A stretch of DNA of 64,000 nucleotides from Takakia lepidozioides. Lineage: Eukaryota; Plantae; Bryophyta. Position 1 is the stretch's first letter; every line of letters begins with the position of its first letter. Both the position numbers and the translations under genes were made by a program. Shown here piece by piece: positions 24,377-36,410 of this stretch. The notes below the pieces were generated by a model, which had not been told where the DNA came from, made no database searches, and worked only from the letters and a program-made list of their open reading frames with translations. The stretch is taken from contig CM060731.1 in assembly GCA_030704615.1 (NCBI GenBank), positions 78,182,001 to 78,246,000 on the forward strand, in the 5' to 3' direction.

Positions 24377-27300
24377 ATGGGGTCGGGCAAGCCAAAGCCA
24401 AAGCGGAACGGCCCAAAAGCTGATGATCCCGGTGAGCCCGATGGGGGCGACGTGTCACCGAGGCGGCCGTTTGAGGAAGCGATGCATGTTTCCGAAAATG
24501 AGGCCGCTCAAGAGCGGGAGGGATCTAAGGAGTCGGAGCCTGAGGAATCTCTGAGAGCTCCGACCGACCAACAGATGCCTCCCATGCCGGCAGCCTTTTG
24601 GGAAGGGTTGTTGGCGCAATTTGGCGGGACGTTGAAAGACGTGTTGAAGGCGGCTAATGCTACTTCCACTAAAGCAAAGTTTAAGGTGAAGCCTAAGGAA
24701 CCCGGCACCTTCGAGGGCGTCCGAAATCGGAAGGCACTCAACATCTGGCTCTTGGAGCTAGAGCAGTACTTCCGGGCGGCCAAGTTAAGTGACGAGGATC
24801 GGGTGGAAGTGGCTCCCACCTATTTGAGGGGCTATGCTCAACAATGGTGGCAGAAACGCCTTCACGACCGAGGTCCAAGCCCGGAAACCTTGAACTGGAG
24901 TGGGTTCAAGGAATTGATGAAGGGCAGTTTGTGCCCCTCAACGCGTCCTGGCTCGCCCAGGACAAGATGAGGAATTTGAAGAAAACAGATGACATTCGGG
25001 GATATGTCCAGGCTTTCAATGTGCTGTTGCTCGAAGTCGCGGACATGGCAAAACCAAAAATGGTCTTCAACTTTGTGGCAGGACTGGCCCCATGGGCCAG
25101 GCGGAAGTTGGAGGAGAAGCCACCTAAGACTTTGAACGAGGCAATTGAGAGGGCTGAATGTTTCTCGGATGTCCCTAAGGGTGAAAGACAAGGCCGTACG
25201 GAGCTGAACCACAAGAAGACCCGGCGGGAAGGTGACTCCTTCCGACCGGAAAAGAAGTGGGATAGGCCACGCGGCGACAATGGCACGTGGAAATCGAAGG
25301 GAGGGCCTTCACAAGTCAAGGCGGCACCCGGTACTTCGAAAGGAAAAGCGGGTGGAGCTGCCTATGGCGGACAGAAGGCGACCTTTGATGGAGTGTGTTT
25401 CAATTGCGGGGAGCCCGGGCATATGGCCAAGAAGCCCCGGCAATTGAACATGACTCGGGTGACCACAGAGCTGTCGAAAGATACCATCAGTCGCTTGGTG
25501 GAAGCGGTGGTCGCCAGGACTTGCAAGGTAGGCAAATTTTCTTGTGAGTTGTATCAGGAAACTGACGCCTTACGTAAAGGGAGTCAGTTATTGTTCGTGG
25601 ATGGGATAATATCCGGAACTAACGTGTCGTTGTTGGTGGACATAGGAGCGTCGCACTCCTTCATGACACCGGCAACGGCACAAAAGCTGGGACTCCCGAC
25701 AAGTGATGTGGGGGCCCTCTATTGAGGTGCGTTCTGCCAAAGGAGAACCGCAATTGGCGACAAGGTTGGCGTTTGATGTTCCTCTTCAACTGGGGAGTTG
25801 GGAGGGACATGAGAACTTCACCATCTGCGAGATCGATGGAGTGGATCTCATTTTGGGGATGTCCTTTATGAGCAAATCCGGAGCGGTCATAGATGGCCGC
25901 AAGAGAGTAGTCACGCTGCCATGTGGGAATGGTGGCGAGGTCTTACGAGTGTCGGAAACGCCTAAACCCGTGGGAGGGCGAATAAACCTTCTGTCAGCAA
26001 GGGAATGGGCCGTGGAAGAGGCACACGAGCCCCAGTTTTTGCTCTTCATTAGAGAAGTGAAGGGAGAAGGCGATGGGTAGCCGAGCCCAAATTGGATCAT
26101 GGGGATTTTGGAGAAATACCAGGATGTAATGCCGGAGGATTTATCAAGCGGCTTACCACCGCGAAGAGGAGTTGACCACAAGATTGAGGTGATACCGGGA
26201 TTGGAACCGCCTGCCAAGGCGCCCTACCGGTTGAGCCACAGAGAGTTGGTCGAGCTGAAGACTCAGCTCAAAGATCTAATGTCAAAGGGGTACATCCGGC
26301 CGAGTAAGTCACCTTACGAAGCCCCGGTGCTATTTGCAGACAAGAAGGATGGGACGTTGTGGATGTGTGTCGATTACAGGGCTTTGAATAAGGTGATTAT
26401 CAAAAACCGGTACCCTTTGCCAAGGATCGACGACCTTTTCGATCGGTTGGCAGGAGCGAAGTATTTCAGCCGGATCGATCTGCGCTCCGGCTATCATCAA
26501 ATTCGAGTGGCGGAAGGAGATGAGGAGAAGACCGCGTGCAGGACAAGGTATGGTTCATATGAGTTCTTGGTGATGCCTTTTGGACTCACCAACGCTCCCG
26601 CAACCTTTAGCACGCTGATGAACAACCTTTTCCAGGAGTGGTTGGATGACTTTGTGATCGTGTACATCGACGATATCTTGGTGTATTCAAAAACAAATGA
26701 GGAGCACCTGGAGCACCTCAAAAGGGTGTTCCAGAAATTGCAGGAAGGGAAGTTGTATGCCAAAGCTTCAAAGTGCGAATTCGGGGTCACAAAAGTGGAG
26801 TTCATGGGGCATGTGATTACACAGGATGGGAACAGAATGGATGACAGGAAGGTGAGGGCAATCTTGGACTGGGAGCCTCCGACTTTGGTCCCGGGAGTGT
26901 GATCCTTCCTAGGACTCGCCTCCTATTACCAGAAGTATGTGAGAAATTTCGCCAAGATCGCGGGGCCGCTGTCAGACCTTCTGTGTAAATCCAAAGTCTG
27001 GGCATGGAACACCTTTTGTGGCCAAGCTTTTGCTGAATTGAAGCAGCGGATGGCGGAAGCTCCAGTCTTGAAAATCCCGGAGTTCGATCGTCCGTTCGAG
27101 ATTCATACAGATGCGTTAGACTTCGCGATTGGGGGTGTATTGATGCAAGATGGACGTCCAGTGGCTTACGAAAGTAAGAAACTGAATGAAGTAGAGCGAC
27201 GGTGGCCGACGCACGAGAAAGAGATGAAGGCGGTGGTGCACTGTCTTGAGCTTTGGCGCCACTATGTTGGTTCCAACCCAGTGAAGGTGTTCACGGACAA

Positions 27301-28930
27301 TGTCACGGTGAAGTATTTTGCCACGCAGCCCAAGCTGCCCCCAAAACAACTTAGGTGGCAAGATACTTTGGCGGTGTTCGACGTGGATATCCAGTATAAA
27401 CCGGGACGGGACAACGTGGTGGCCGATGCTTTAAGTAGAAAGCAGCAGCTCCTGTTGGTGTACAGAGGTGAGACGACGCTCCAAAGGAAGATCCGGAAGG
27501 CTTGCCGGAAGGATGAGCTAGCAAAGTCCGTGATGCAGGACTTGAGGATGGGGATTAAATCGTAGTTCCACTTGCAAAATGGATTGCTCCGGTATAAGCA
27601 AAAGCGTCTCTACGTGCCGAAGGAAGGGATCAGAGATAGCCTCTTGAGAGAATGCCATAATAACCCGCTTGCGGGCCACGGCGGAGCCAAGCGCACTACG
27701 GCACTCTTGAAGAAAGAGTATTTCTGGCCCAAACTGAGGGAGGAGGCAGAGGAGTATGTCAAGACATGCACCACATGCCAACAAAACCGGAGCGAGTACA
27801 AAAAGCAAGCGGGGCTGTTACAACCCTTGCCGATTCCAGAGGGGACTTGGGAAAGCGTCTCGATGGATTTCATGACTGCTATGCCGCTGTCAAAAGGATT
27901 CGATGCAATCATGGTGGTGGTGGATAGGTTCAGTAAAATGGGCCATTTCATCCCCACCAAGGAGACGGCTACAGCGCAGGAAACAGGTTGACTTTACTTC
28001 GCCCACGTCTTAAAGCATCATGGAGTCCCGAAGGATATTGTCTCGGACCGCGATCCAAAGTTTACGAGTAAATTTTGGAGGGCACTTTGGAACAAGATGG
28101 GGACGAGGCTGAAGATGAGCATCGCCTTCCGACCTATGACCGACGGCCAAACGGAAAGAGTGAATTCCGTAGTGAAGCAGATCTTGCGGAATTACGTGTC
28201 GGCAGACCAAACAGACTGGGTGGAACACTTAGACGAGGCATAGTTCTGTTATAATAACACAAAACACTCCGCAACGGGAGTTTCCCCTTTCGTATTGGTC
28301 TATGGAAAAGCACCTCTGGTGCCGACAAGTTGGGCCGCCCAGGACGTTGAGGAACCGGCAGTAGCGGTGGTACTGGAAGAATGCGAGCATTTGTTGAAGC
28401 TCGCAAAGTACAACATTGCCAAAGCTAGGAAACGGTATGAAAGGCAGGTGAATCGGAAGCGGAGGGAAGTGAAGTTTGAGGCAGGCACGGAGGTCTGGTT
28501 GAACATCAAGAATTTCCGACTATCTCCGGAAGTGAGTCCAAAGTTCGTACCTCCGTATGCGGGACCCTTTCACATCCGGAAGGTGATGAATGAGGATGTG
28601 TAAGAATTGGAGCTGCCGGCAAACAGCAAGGTGCATCCAGTATTCCACGTCTCCCTTTTGAAGCCTTACTTCAAAGATGAAGCGCGTCCGAATCGGCATC
28701 AAGTGTTGCGTCCGCCACCTGTGCTGTTGGATCATGAAAATGAACCTGAGTACGAGGTAGAGGCAGTACTTAAGTCGAGGAGGTTCAAGAACCGAGAAAC
28801 GGAGTATCTCGTCAAATGGAAGGGCTATCATCATGTGGAGGCATCTTGGGTGCATGCCTCAGAAATGGGAAACGCATCCGAGGCGGTTGCAGTTTTCGAA
28901 TGGCGACCTCAAAAGCGGAAGAAGCGTTGA
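24377..28930 (+). pseudogene. Gag-Pol-chromodomain pseudogene of gypsy element 2
   Basis: Gag P.TFEG, CFNCGEPGH, LVDIGASH, YIDD, RNase H, integrase VSMDF and chromodomain EYEVEAVL...YLVKWKGY...SW; multiple stops and frameshifts. Confidence 0.93.
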
Positions 28931-29836
28931 TGGGGACATCAACCTTGGAGCGTGGGGGAGGAAATGCATGCTTAGCCTGGCTTAGCTAGCTTAGGAATCT
29001 GATTGCAAAAACTTGTATTGTACAAAAATTTGTTATAAAAGAAATGGATTCCAAATGTTGTGCGTCCTATTTTGTTTGGAATGGTGATGCATGGTGTGGT
29101 TGGCTAGTGTGTAGGATGCATGCTAGCTTACAAAAGTGGGAGAGGTAAATTGGGTTAATCGTGTGTTTGCGCAGTGCCGAAATCGGGTGACTCCCATCCA
29201 AGGGGCAATGAAACTTGCGCCTTCTTTAGGAGTTCACGTGCTAGTGCGCACCTGGCGCGTGCGCGTACTATAACTGCGCTACCGAGGGGGTTGCCTTGTA
29301 GTGCGGGCTAACACGGAAGCTACCTGCTTCCGTTCACGTACTATAATCGTGTAGCCTCGGGACGAAGTCGTAGTGCGGCTTCGGCGTGTTCCCGTACCTC
29401 AGGCCAGCATTCCAAGGCGGACCCAATTGTAGTGATTGGGGCGCGCGGTTGGTTCAAGGTTATCTTCCTAGTCAAAGAGGGTTCGAGGTGAACCCTTGCT
29501 CAAGGTGATGCCAAAAGCGACATCATGAGCGGTCGCAAGCAATGTTGTTGCAGTAAGGCGATTCGATCCTCGGGGAGGATCGTTCCTTGGCCTCGAAGTA
29601 GGCCAAGAAGAGTGCACTGGGAGGAGCTTGAGAGGCTCCACCCTTGGCCGGGACTTGGAGGAAGTCGGCCGAACTAGCTAGTGGAGAGTAGAGTCAAGTG
29701 TGGGGTTTGGTTCTTTGTCATGGGACGCCATGGTACGGAAACAAACTCCTTGATGTGGGATGCCACAACTTGGATGTTCGTTTCCACAAAATGGACAAGC
29801 CGATGAGGACATCGATTCCCTGTTGGTAGGGGTGTG

Positions 29837-30563
29837 TGTCGCGGCCCTTTGCCTTGAGGGCAGGAGGGTCGGGACACAAGAGGGGCTGCCCCTGTGGTGG
29901 GGGCAGTGGCAGCGATAGGTATGAGGGGCTGAAGCACCCTTGAGTGCCCAAGGCACTCAAAGAGGCGGAGGCGCTCACTAGGTGGAGCCCCGCACACCGG
30001 GTTGCGGTGGGGGTGGCTCCACAAGGGGTGGTGGTAGCTTAGCCGGACTTAGTGGGGGTGGCATAGGACTCACCCTGGGGCGGAGACCTCGTGGTGGGAG
30101 TCGTGGGGAGTCTTGGGACTCATCACGGTCCATAGGGGCCGTGGTGGGTTGGCCAAGACTCACCGCGACTCGTCACCGGGAGTCGAGGGTGTTTGTGGTG
30201 GTTCGCCATAAAATGGCATGGTTGTTTGTGAAACCCCCGCGGACAGCTACAGAAGTATATATAGGGAGTAGTAACCCCGAGAACGGTGCAAGCCCGTTGG
30301 TGACCAAAAACTAGTGAGTAAACGAGCGAGCCGGAAAGCGACCAAAGAGTGGGGAGCTGTTCCGGACTGCCAACTACCAAAGGGAATTCCGCTGGTTCCG
30401 AAGGGGTGAAGGGTTCTTTGGGAGATCGTAGGGGGGACCGTTATGCCCCGGTGAGCAGCCGAAGCTCCAAGTTGGCCCGGCGGCCAGGTTGGGAGTTAGG
30501 CGCGCGCATCAAGCGAGTAACTATGACTTGAGGGGGGAACTTACCGAAGTGAGGTGCGCGACA
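29837..30563 (+). repeat. 3' LTR of gypsy element 2 (727 bp)
   Basis: 7-bp terminal inverted repeat, purine-rich tract upstream, internal TATATA near 30256; the last about 240 bp match 24081-24321. Confidence 0.88.
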
Positions 30564-33310
30564 ACAAACCCTAAGTACTTAAACCTCACTATCAGCAAAT
30601 TCAGGCCGCAGAGCCTTAAGAAACTCAGACCGCCACAGGAAAACCTAAATTATCCCGATGACAAAACCCCGATGACACGGAGAAGGGTTTACCACTGCCT
30701 TTACTTGTGTCTGTTGCTGAAGGAGCATCAACCTGCTTAAAGGTATAGTCTCCTGGGTCCAAGGAATCGCTCCCAAGCAGCAGAACTCCCTCTTGATCAA
30801 ACAAATCCCCATATTGATTTGCATTGTCATCGGGTGTCTAGAGGGCAAGTATGAAAATAAAGTAACCCCACCTTCAAAGGGAGATCGTTAACTGCACGTC
30901 ACTACCCTAACACTAGTCATAGCTAAGAAACAAACTAATCATGAAGAATTGTCCCTTTTCTTTCCACTATTGTTCTATTGTTGTTTTATCTTGAATCTTT
31001 GGCATTCCGTCCTTAAGCTCCCGACGAGATGAATTCAAGGTCAGATGGTGGGGTCAGCTGCAAGATATGCCCAACACCAGATATACTAAGTTAATCGACT
31101 CTATATCTTGGAAACAGGACCGCCCTGTCAAACAAGCTAAGTCTTGGCAGAAAAGAGTAGAAGATATTCTCAAGGACTTGGACCTAGAGCCGCAAGTCTT
31201 GACCCTGCTGGATAAATCTGACTTAGAGGCTGTAGTGTCCAAAGCCATGTCTTTTGCCATGAGATTGTCTGATGAAAATGAAGTTAGGCAGAAAACTTCC
31301 CTGAACCTGTTTCCAGTTAGTGACATGGGGGTGGACATCTTGGATGACCTCAAGGGTCTACCCACTCTCGGCACTAGACTGAAATTTAAACTCAGGGCAA
31401 GAAGCCTACCTTTGAACAACAAACAGAAGCAGAGAGGAAAGGGAGAGTGCAATTGCCCGTTGTGTGGGCAATCTGAAGACAATATTCATTTTCAGATACA
31501 CTGTCCAGGGTTCTCTCACCAATCTTCAAATCTATCAAGGGAATTGTGCTTGTACCCCTGTTTACCAACTTTGAAAGTCTCGAGGCTGATCCGAAAGCCC
31601 AGGCCCTGCTGAGGCCTAGTTTTTGGGCAAATCACTTACAGCAGATTGAAGCTTGTGTGAAGGGATTTCTAGAGGATATATGGAAAACCCGGATTAATTC
31701 TATATATCAAGGTAAGTCTTACTACCAACGTCAGCCCCTGACAGAGGTAGGTTCTATCCCTTTTGTTCCCGCTCAAACTGGGCGCGGGGTCAATGTCCAC
31801 AAGGCTACGGCAAACAACGTCCTATGAGTACAATCTATCTTGAATCTGAGCAGATTCCATCCTATGGAATAAATAAATTATTTGCAAACCCTAAGCACTT
31901 GACCTTCTGTTCATTGACTGCTTGCACTACTCGAACTCAAGACAGAAAAACAAAGAAAAGCAACAAAAGCAAGAGAGAAGGTATAGAAAAGCATGAGGGT
32001 CAATCACAGACCATACTGAAATGCAGAGATTCCTTACAATCCAATCCAATCTTGAATCTGAGCAGATTCCATCCTACAGAATAAATAAATTATTTGCAAA
32101 CCTTAAGCACCTGACCTTGTGTTCATTGACTGCTTAAACTACTTGAACTCAAGACAGAAAAACAAAGAAAAGCAACAAAAGCAGGAAGAAAAGCAAAACC
32201 CTACTACATGCTGTAGGTGCTACAAAATCTTTGAGAAGTATCCCCACAAGAACCCATGTTGTTGAGTTGCATCTATCATGTAGTGCACAACCACAATTCC
32301 ACACATAAATAACAAACAACCGTGTCTTTCAAAGGACCCTCCTCATATTTTACTTGTTAACATGGATCTATCGAATGAATAAACTGCGTGTATCAACCGA
32401 ACACAGGATCACACATGGGATTGGGAGAAGCTGTTGAAACCCTGAGTGCACAACGCAGCCAAGAAACCGAAAAAATTGCAAACATTTGACTCCAAACTAC
32501 GCATTGAACGAATCATTGAACAAATCAGCAACTGCAGCGGGTTCAACAATCAACTGCCCAATTGTCTTGCAAGAATTCAAATGTGCCTGCCCACAATCAG
32601 AATTGCAGACATAAAAACAAACGGGCTCAGACTGCCCTAGGCAACCCATCGACATTCAACCCATCGACATTCAGAGACGTAACAAAAATCAGATGAAGAT
32701 TTGAAACCCGAACTCTGTACATACTCTCGAGATGCCATTGAGCCCGTCCAAAACTGTTACGGATATGATTATGGATGCAAAAAATCCAAGAGAGCTCCAA
32801 AGACACAAAGGAAGGCTCCCTCTCCCTCACAATAAAAATAGAAGTGGATGGAGGACGGCAATCACTCACAAGTGAACTACCAAAATGACGGTTTAGAGTT
32901 AGGGTTTCAGGCCACACAACACTTTAAACCTGCCATCATCTGCCGCAATCTGACCGACCACTGTGCTTCAAGAGATTCAGAAGGGCTTGCCCTCTGACCT
33001 CGCACGAAAAGTGCCTACAAAGGTTCACGGGCAGACATTTCCAAGAAGCAGTGCAATGCATATAATCCTTGTGAAAACCCTTACTCCAAAACGAGTGTGT
33101 CGGCAACCAGAATTCCACATACAAATAATATGCTGCTCATGGGCATTTGAGATCATAATCAACCAAGGATTCTGAAGTCATAACTAATATTATCATTTCC
33201 TCTTCAAAAGGAGCAAATGATCTGGTGACGACAAACTCTAAGTACTTGAACCTCACTATCAGTAAACTGAGGCCGCAGAACCCTAAGAAACTCATACCAC
33301 CACAAGGATC
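30564..33310. repeat. Mosaic of repeat modules also present at 43150-49330
   Basis: 30560-31810 matches 44791-46031; 32313-32656 matches 44180-44516, 46274-46613 and 47801-48120; 32675-33060 matches 47056-47441; 33134-33240 matches 48222-48328. Confidence 0.9.
30998..31815 (+). mobile_element. 5'-truncated non-LTR retrotransposon 3' end (RTE-X-like); second copy at about 45229-46031
   Basis: GIPSLSSRRDEFKVRWWGQLQDM...TRLKFKLRA.SLPL...CPLCGQSED..HF.IHC (C-terminal CCHC of LINE ORF2). TATCTTGAATCT flanks both sides. Confidence 0.7.
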
Positions 33311-33385
33311 AGGTGCTGTAAAAACTTTGGATAGCCTCGAGCACGCAGTCGTTCATAGAACAGTCGTCTGATCTCTGAAAAACCT

Positions 33386-36300
33386 CATGCTTGTAGAATT
33401 TCTTCTCCTAAGCTTGTGAATTTCTTCTCCTCTTTGGCCGTTCGACCTTCCCTTGATGCAAGCATTCAATCAGCCACTCTTGCTTTCCATAACACTTTAC
33501 AAAAAGCCTTCATCAAGGCTCATGTGGAGGTGTTGGCAGAAGCAGAAACCACTTTGAGCAAATCATTTGATCTTTTCATTGCTCGACTCCAGGAGATCAG
33601 ATCCCATGTGGACGTCTCTTCTTGTCTTGACAAAGATGAGGACTCTATTTGGATTTTCGAGGAGCTTGAGTTTGTATGCACTGAAGCTACCAAGTCTTGG
33701 TTTGCTGGAATCTCTTATTTTTGTGCTAACCACAACTTGGCAACCACTGTGAGGGAAACGGCTTTGCGTAAAAAGAATCGCGCTAAGGATGCCGCCATGG
33801 CAGATGCTGATGTTCTTCCGTGCGAGCCTTCCATTGCCGAGCTTGTTAGGAAAGAGGTGCAGAAGCAATTTTCCTCCAAAGGGAATAACTCTTCTCTCTC
33901 CCCTAAACAACGACCAACCTACAAGAGACACTTCACCAAATTCCAAAGCAAGTTCTTTCAAGCAACAGGGAAATGGACAGCAGCGGAGTGGGATTGCTCG
34001 CATCCGTTCCGCTGCATCGCGTTTCTCTTCTCCGAGCAAATCCGCCCTGCATTCTCAGACCCCTCATGGTTTTGGCAAACAAAAGTCGGGGCAAAGCCCA
34101 CAACAGAAGCCCAAAAAGAAGGTAACTTGGGTAGGATCAAATCGAAAAGAGCCCGCAAGCTGTTTTGGTGGCCGTTGAAGGATGTAGAGGCCTATAAGCT
34201 TTTTCTTTTCTCTGGCAAGAGAGTCTCTCAGGTAGAGAATAGGTTAACCAATGTGACCATCCACAACATGGCCAATCGACCACTCTCTTGTTTTGAAAAG
34301 AAGCTTTTAGGCTTAGGTTTGAGCTTCATTCCACATCCTACTCCTCCGTCTACTACTTCTATTCTTGATGCTTATGAGGCTTTTGCTCGATCTTTACGTC
34401 TTCGACATCACTCCCGTGATGCTAGAGATAGACCCATTCCTCCATTTAGAGTCCCTAACCCTTCTTGGGATCAGTGTGTACGGCTTCCTGCTTTAGAAAG
34501 TATCATTGCAGACGGTCGCGACATTGTAAAGGCTCGCTTCAAGGATGTGGTTCGCCTGCCTTCAAGTCCTCTATTCGAGGTCATCTCAAGACTGCAATGC
34601 GTGCTCTGACTACAGATGACTCCATCGTCATCAACCCCGCGGACAAAAATCGTGGGTTGGTGATCATGCGTAAGGATTGGTACATGGATGAGGCACACCG
34701 CCAACTCCACGATGGACAGGTTTATGAATCTGTGGCAGAGATTCCATGGGACAATCTCAAGTATGATTTGGATGCAGTGCTCATTTCTGCTTTTATGCAG
34801 GGATTAATCGACAAGCAGGAAAAGGATTTTTTGGCTTTCAAGCCCCGAGGGGGTTACCGACCCTGCATGTTCTATATTGTGCCCAAAATGCACAAACCTG
34901 TGGTGGTTGGGAGACCAATTTGTTCGTACAATGGGTACCTTTTTGAGCACGCATCCAAGTGGTTACATTACCATTTGTTTCATATTTTGCTTCAAGAACG
35001 TAATCATTTGATAGATTCAATTTCTTTGTTGAAAGATCTGTCGAGTAGACAACTTCCTCGAGATGTGTTTCTATTCACCTTTGATGTGGAGTCATTGTAC
35101 CCTAGCATTCCTACTGGGGACGGGCTTCGACGATTGAAGGACATGATTACCGGCAAGCTCAAGTCACCCCGGTTTGAAGGACTCGTCATGAGTCTTTCTC
35201 ACATGGTCTTGGAGAATAGCTATCTTCAATTTGGCTCGAGCTATTGCCATCAAATCCGAGGCACTGCAATGGGTAGCAATTTTACTGTTGTGTATGCTTG
35301 TCTCTTTCTTTGCAGCTTAAAAAAAGAGTTGGTTTGCGCAGCAAGAGGTAGGACTCGTCATGAGTCTTTCTCACATGGTCTTGGAGAACAACTATCTTCA
35401 ATTTGGCTCGAGCTATTGGCATCAAATCCGACGCACTGCAATGGGTAGCAATTTTGCTGTTGTGTATGCTTATCTCTTTCTTTGGAGCTTAGAAAGAGAG
35501 TTGGCTTGCGCAACAAGAGGTATATGGCATTTGTACTACAAGAGATACATCGATGACGGATTTGGAATCTGGGAAGGATCTCGGGCAAGTTTGGAGACTT
35601 GGCTCGATCGATACAACTCTCTCAATCCCACAATTCGCATTCAAAGGGTGATATCTGACTCTACTGTTGACATTCTTGATATTCAATTCTTCAAGGGAGC
35701 TGATTTTGTCAATAGTGGGATTTTATCTTCGAGATGTCATCAGAAGGCACTCAACAGATATCAGTACTTGCCATGGACGTCTTGTCATCCGTGACACCAA
35801 AAACGAGCATTCATCATTGGTGAGCTACGCCGATACACTTTGAGAGAAAGCACATGTGCAGGTTTTTCAGAGATCAGACGACTGTTCTATGAACGACTGC
35901 GTGCTCGAGGCTATCCAAAGTCTTTTATCTTAGAGTGTTTTAGTCTATGTGACTACGCACAATGTGCTACACTGTTAGCTTCAGAATCCACTCGTAAGTT
36001 GATGGGTAAGCGGGCCCCCTTGGTTTTGAAACTTGAGCATTCTCGATATACTCAAAGCTCTAAACCTTGGGGGAGTCCTAAACCCTAAACTGCATGAGCA
36101 TCTTTTGAAAGTTCCGCAGTTAGCATCTTATGACAAACCTATGGTTTGTTGGAAAAAAACGAGGAATTTACGTTCCTATTTAGTTCGTGCTAAGTTACAA
36201 TAGAGTCAATTATATTAAAAGAGATATTCTTGGCTTACCGGCATAAGTTGGAAAAAAGACCTTTTTCTTTTTTAGAAAAGAGATATTCTTGGCTTATAGG

Positions 36301-36410
36301 CTTAAGTTGGAAAAGAACTTTTTCTTTTCTAGAAAAAGACCTTTCTCGGCTAAAAGATACTTTTAGTTGTCTTTTTATCTTATGCACTTTTTGAGACATC
36401 ACTTATTATA
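33386..36410 (+). mobile_element. Endonuclease-less Penelope-like element (longest copy); frameshifted ORF about 33416-36203
   Basis: Helical N-terminal region, HNMA...EKKLLGLGLSFIP (PLE N-terminal motif), ADK, all RT motifs, thumb S.HP...LRARGYP. Ends KTRNLRSYLVRAKLQ* with no GIY-YIG domain. Confidence 0.92.

Larger units (their letters stand above)
24018..30563 (+). mobile_element. Decayed Ty3/gypsy chromovirus 2 with truncated 5' LTR
   Basis: 5' LTR remnant 24081-24321, PBS TGGTATCAGAGC 24324-24335, gag-pol fragments, about 0.9 kb 3' noncoding region, 3' LTR TGTCGCG...CGCGACA at 29837-30563. Confidence 0.93.

Noticed and set aside
28954-28970. Start of the 3' LTR right after the purine tract following pol
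   Set aside because: The LTR end CGCGACA pairs with TGTCGCG at 29837, which has its own purine-rich tract.
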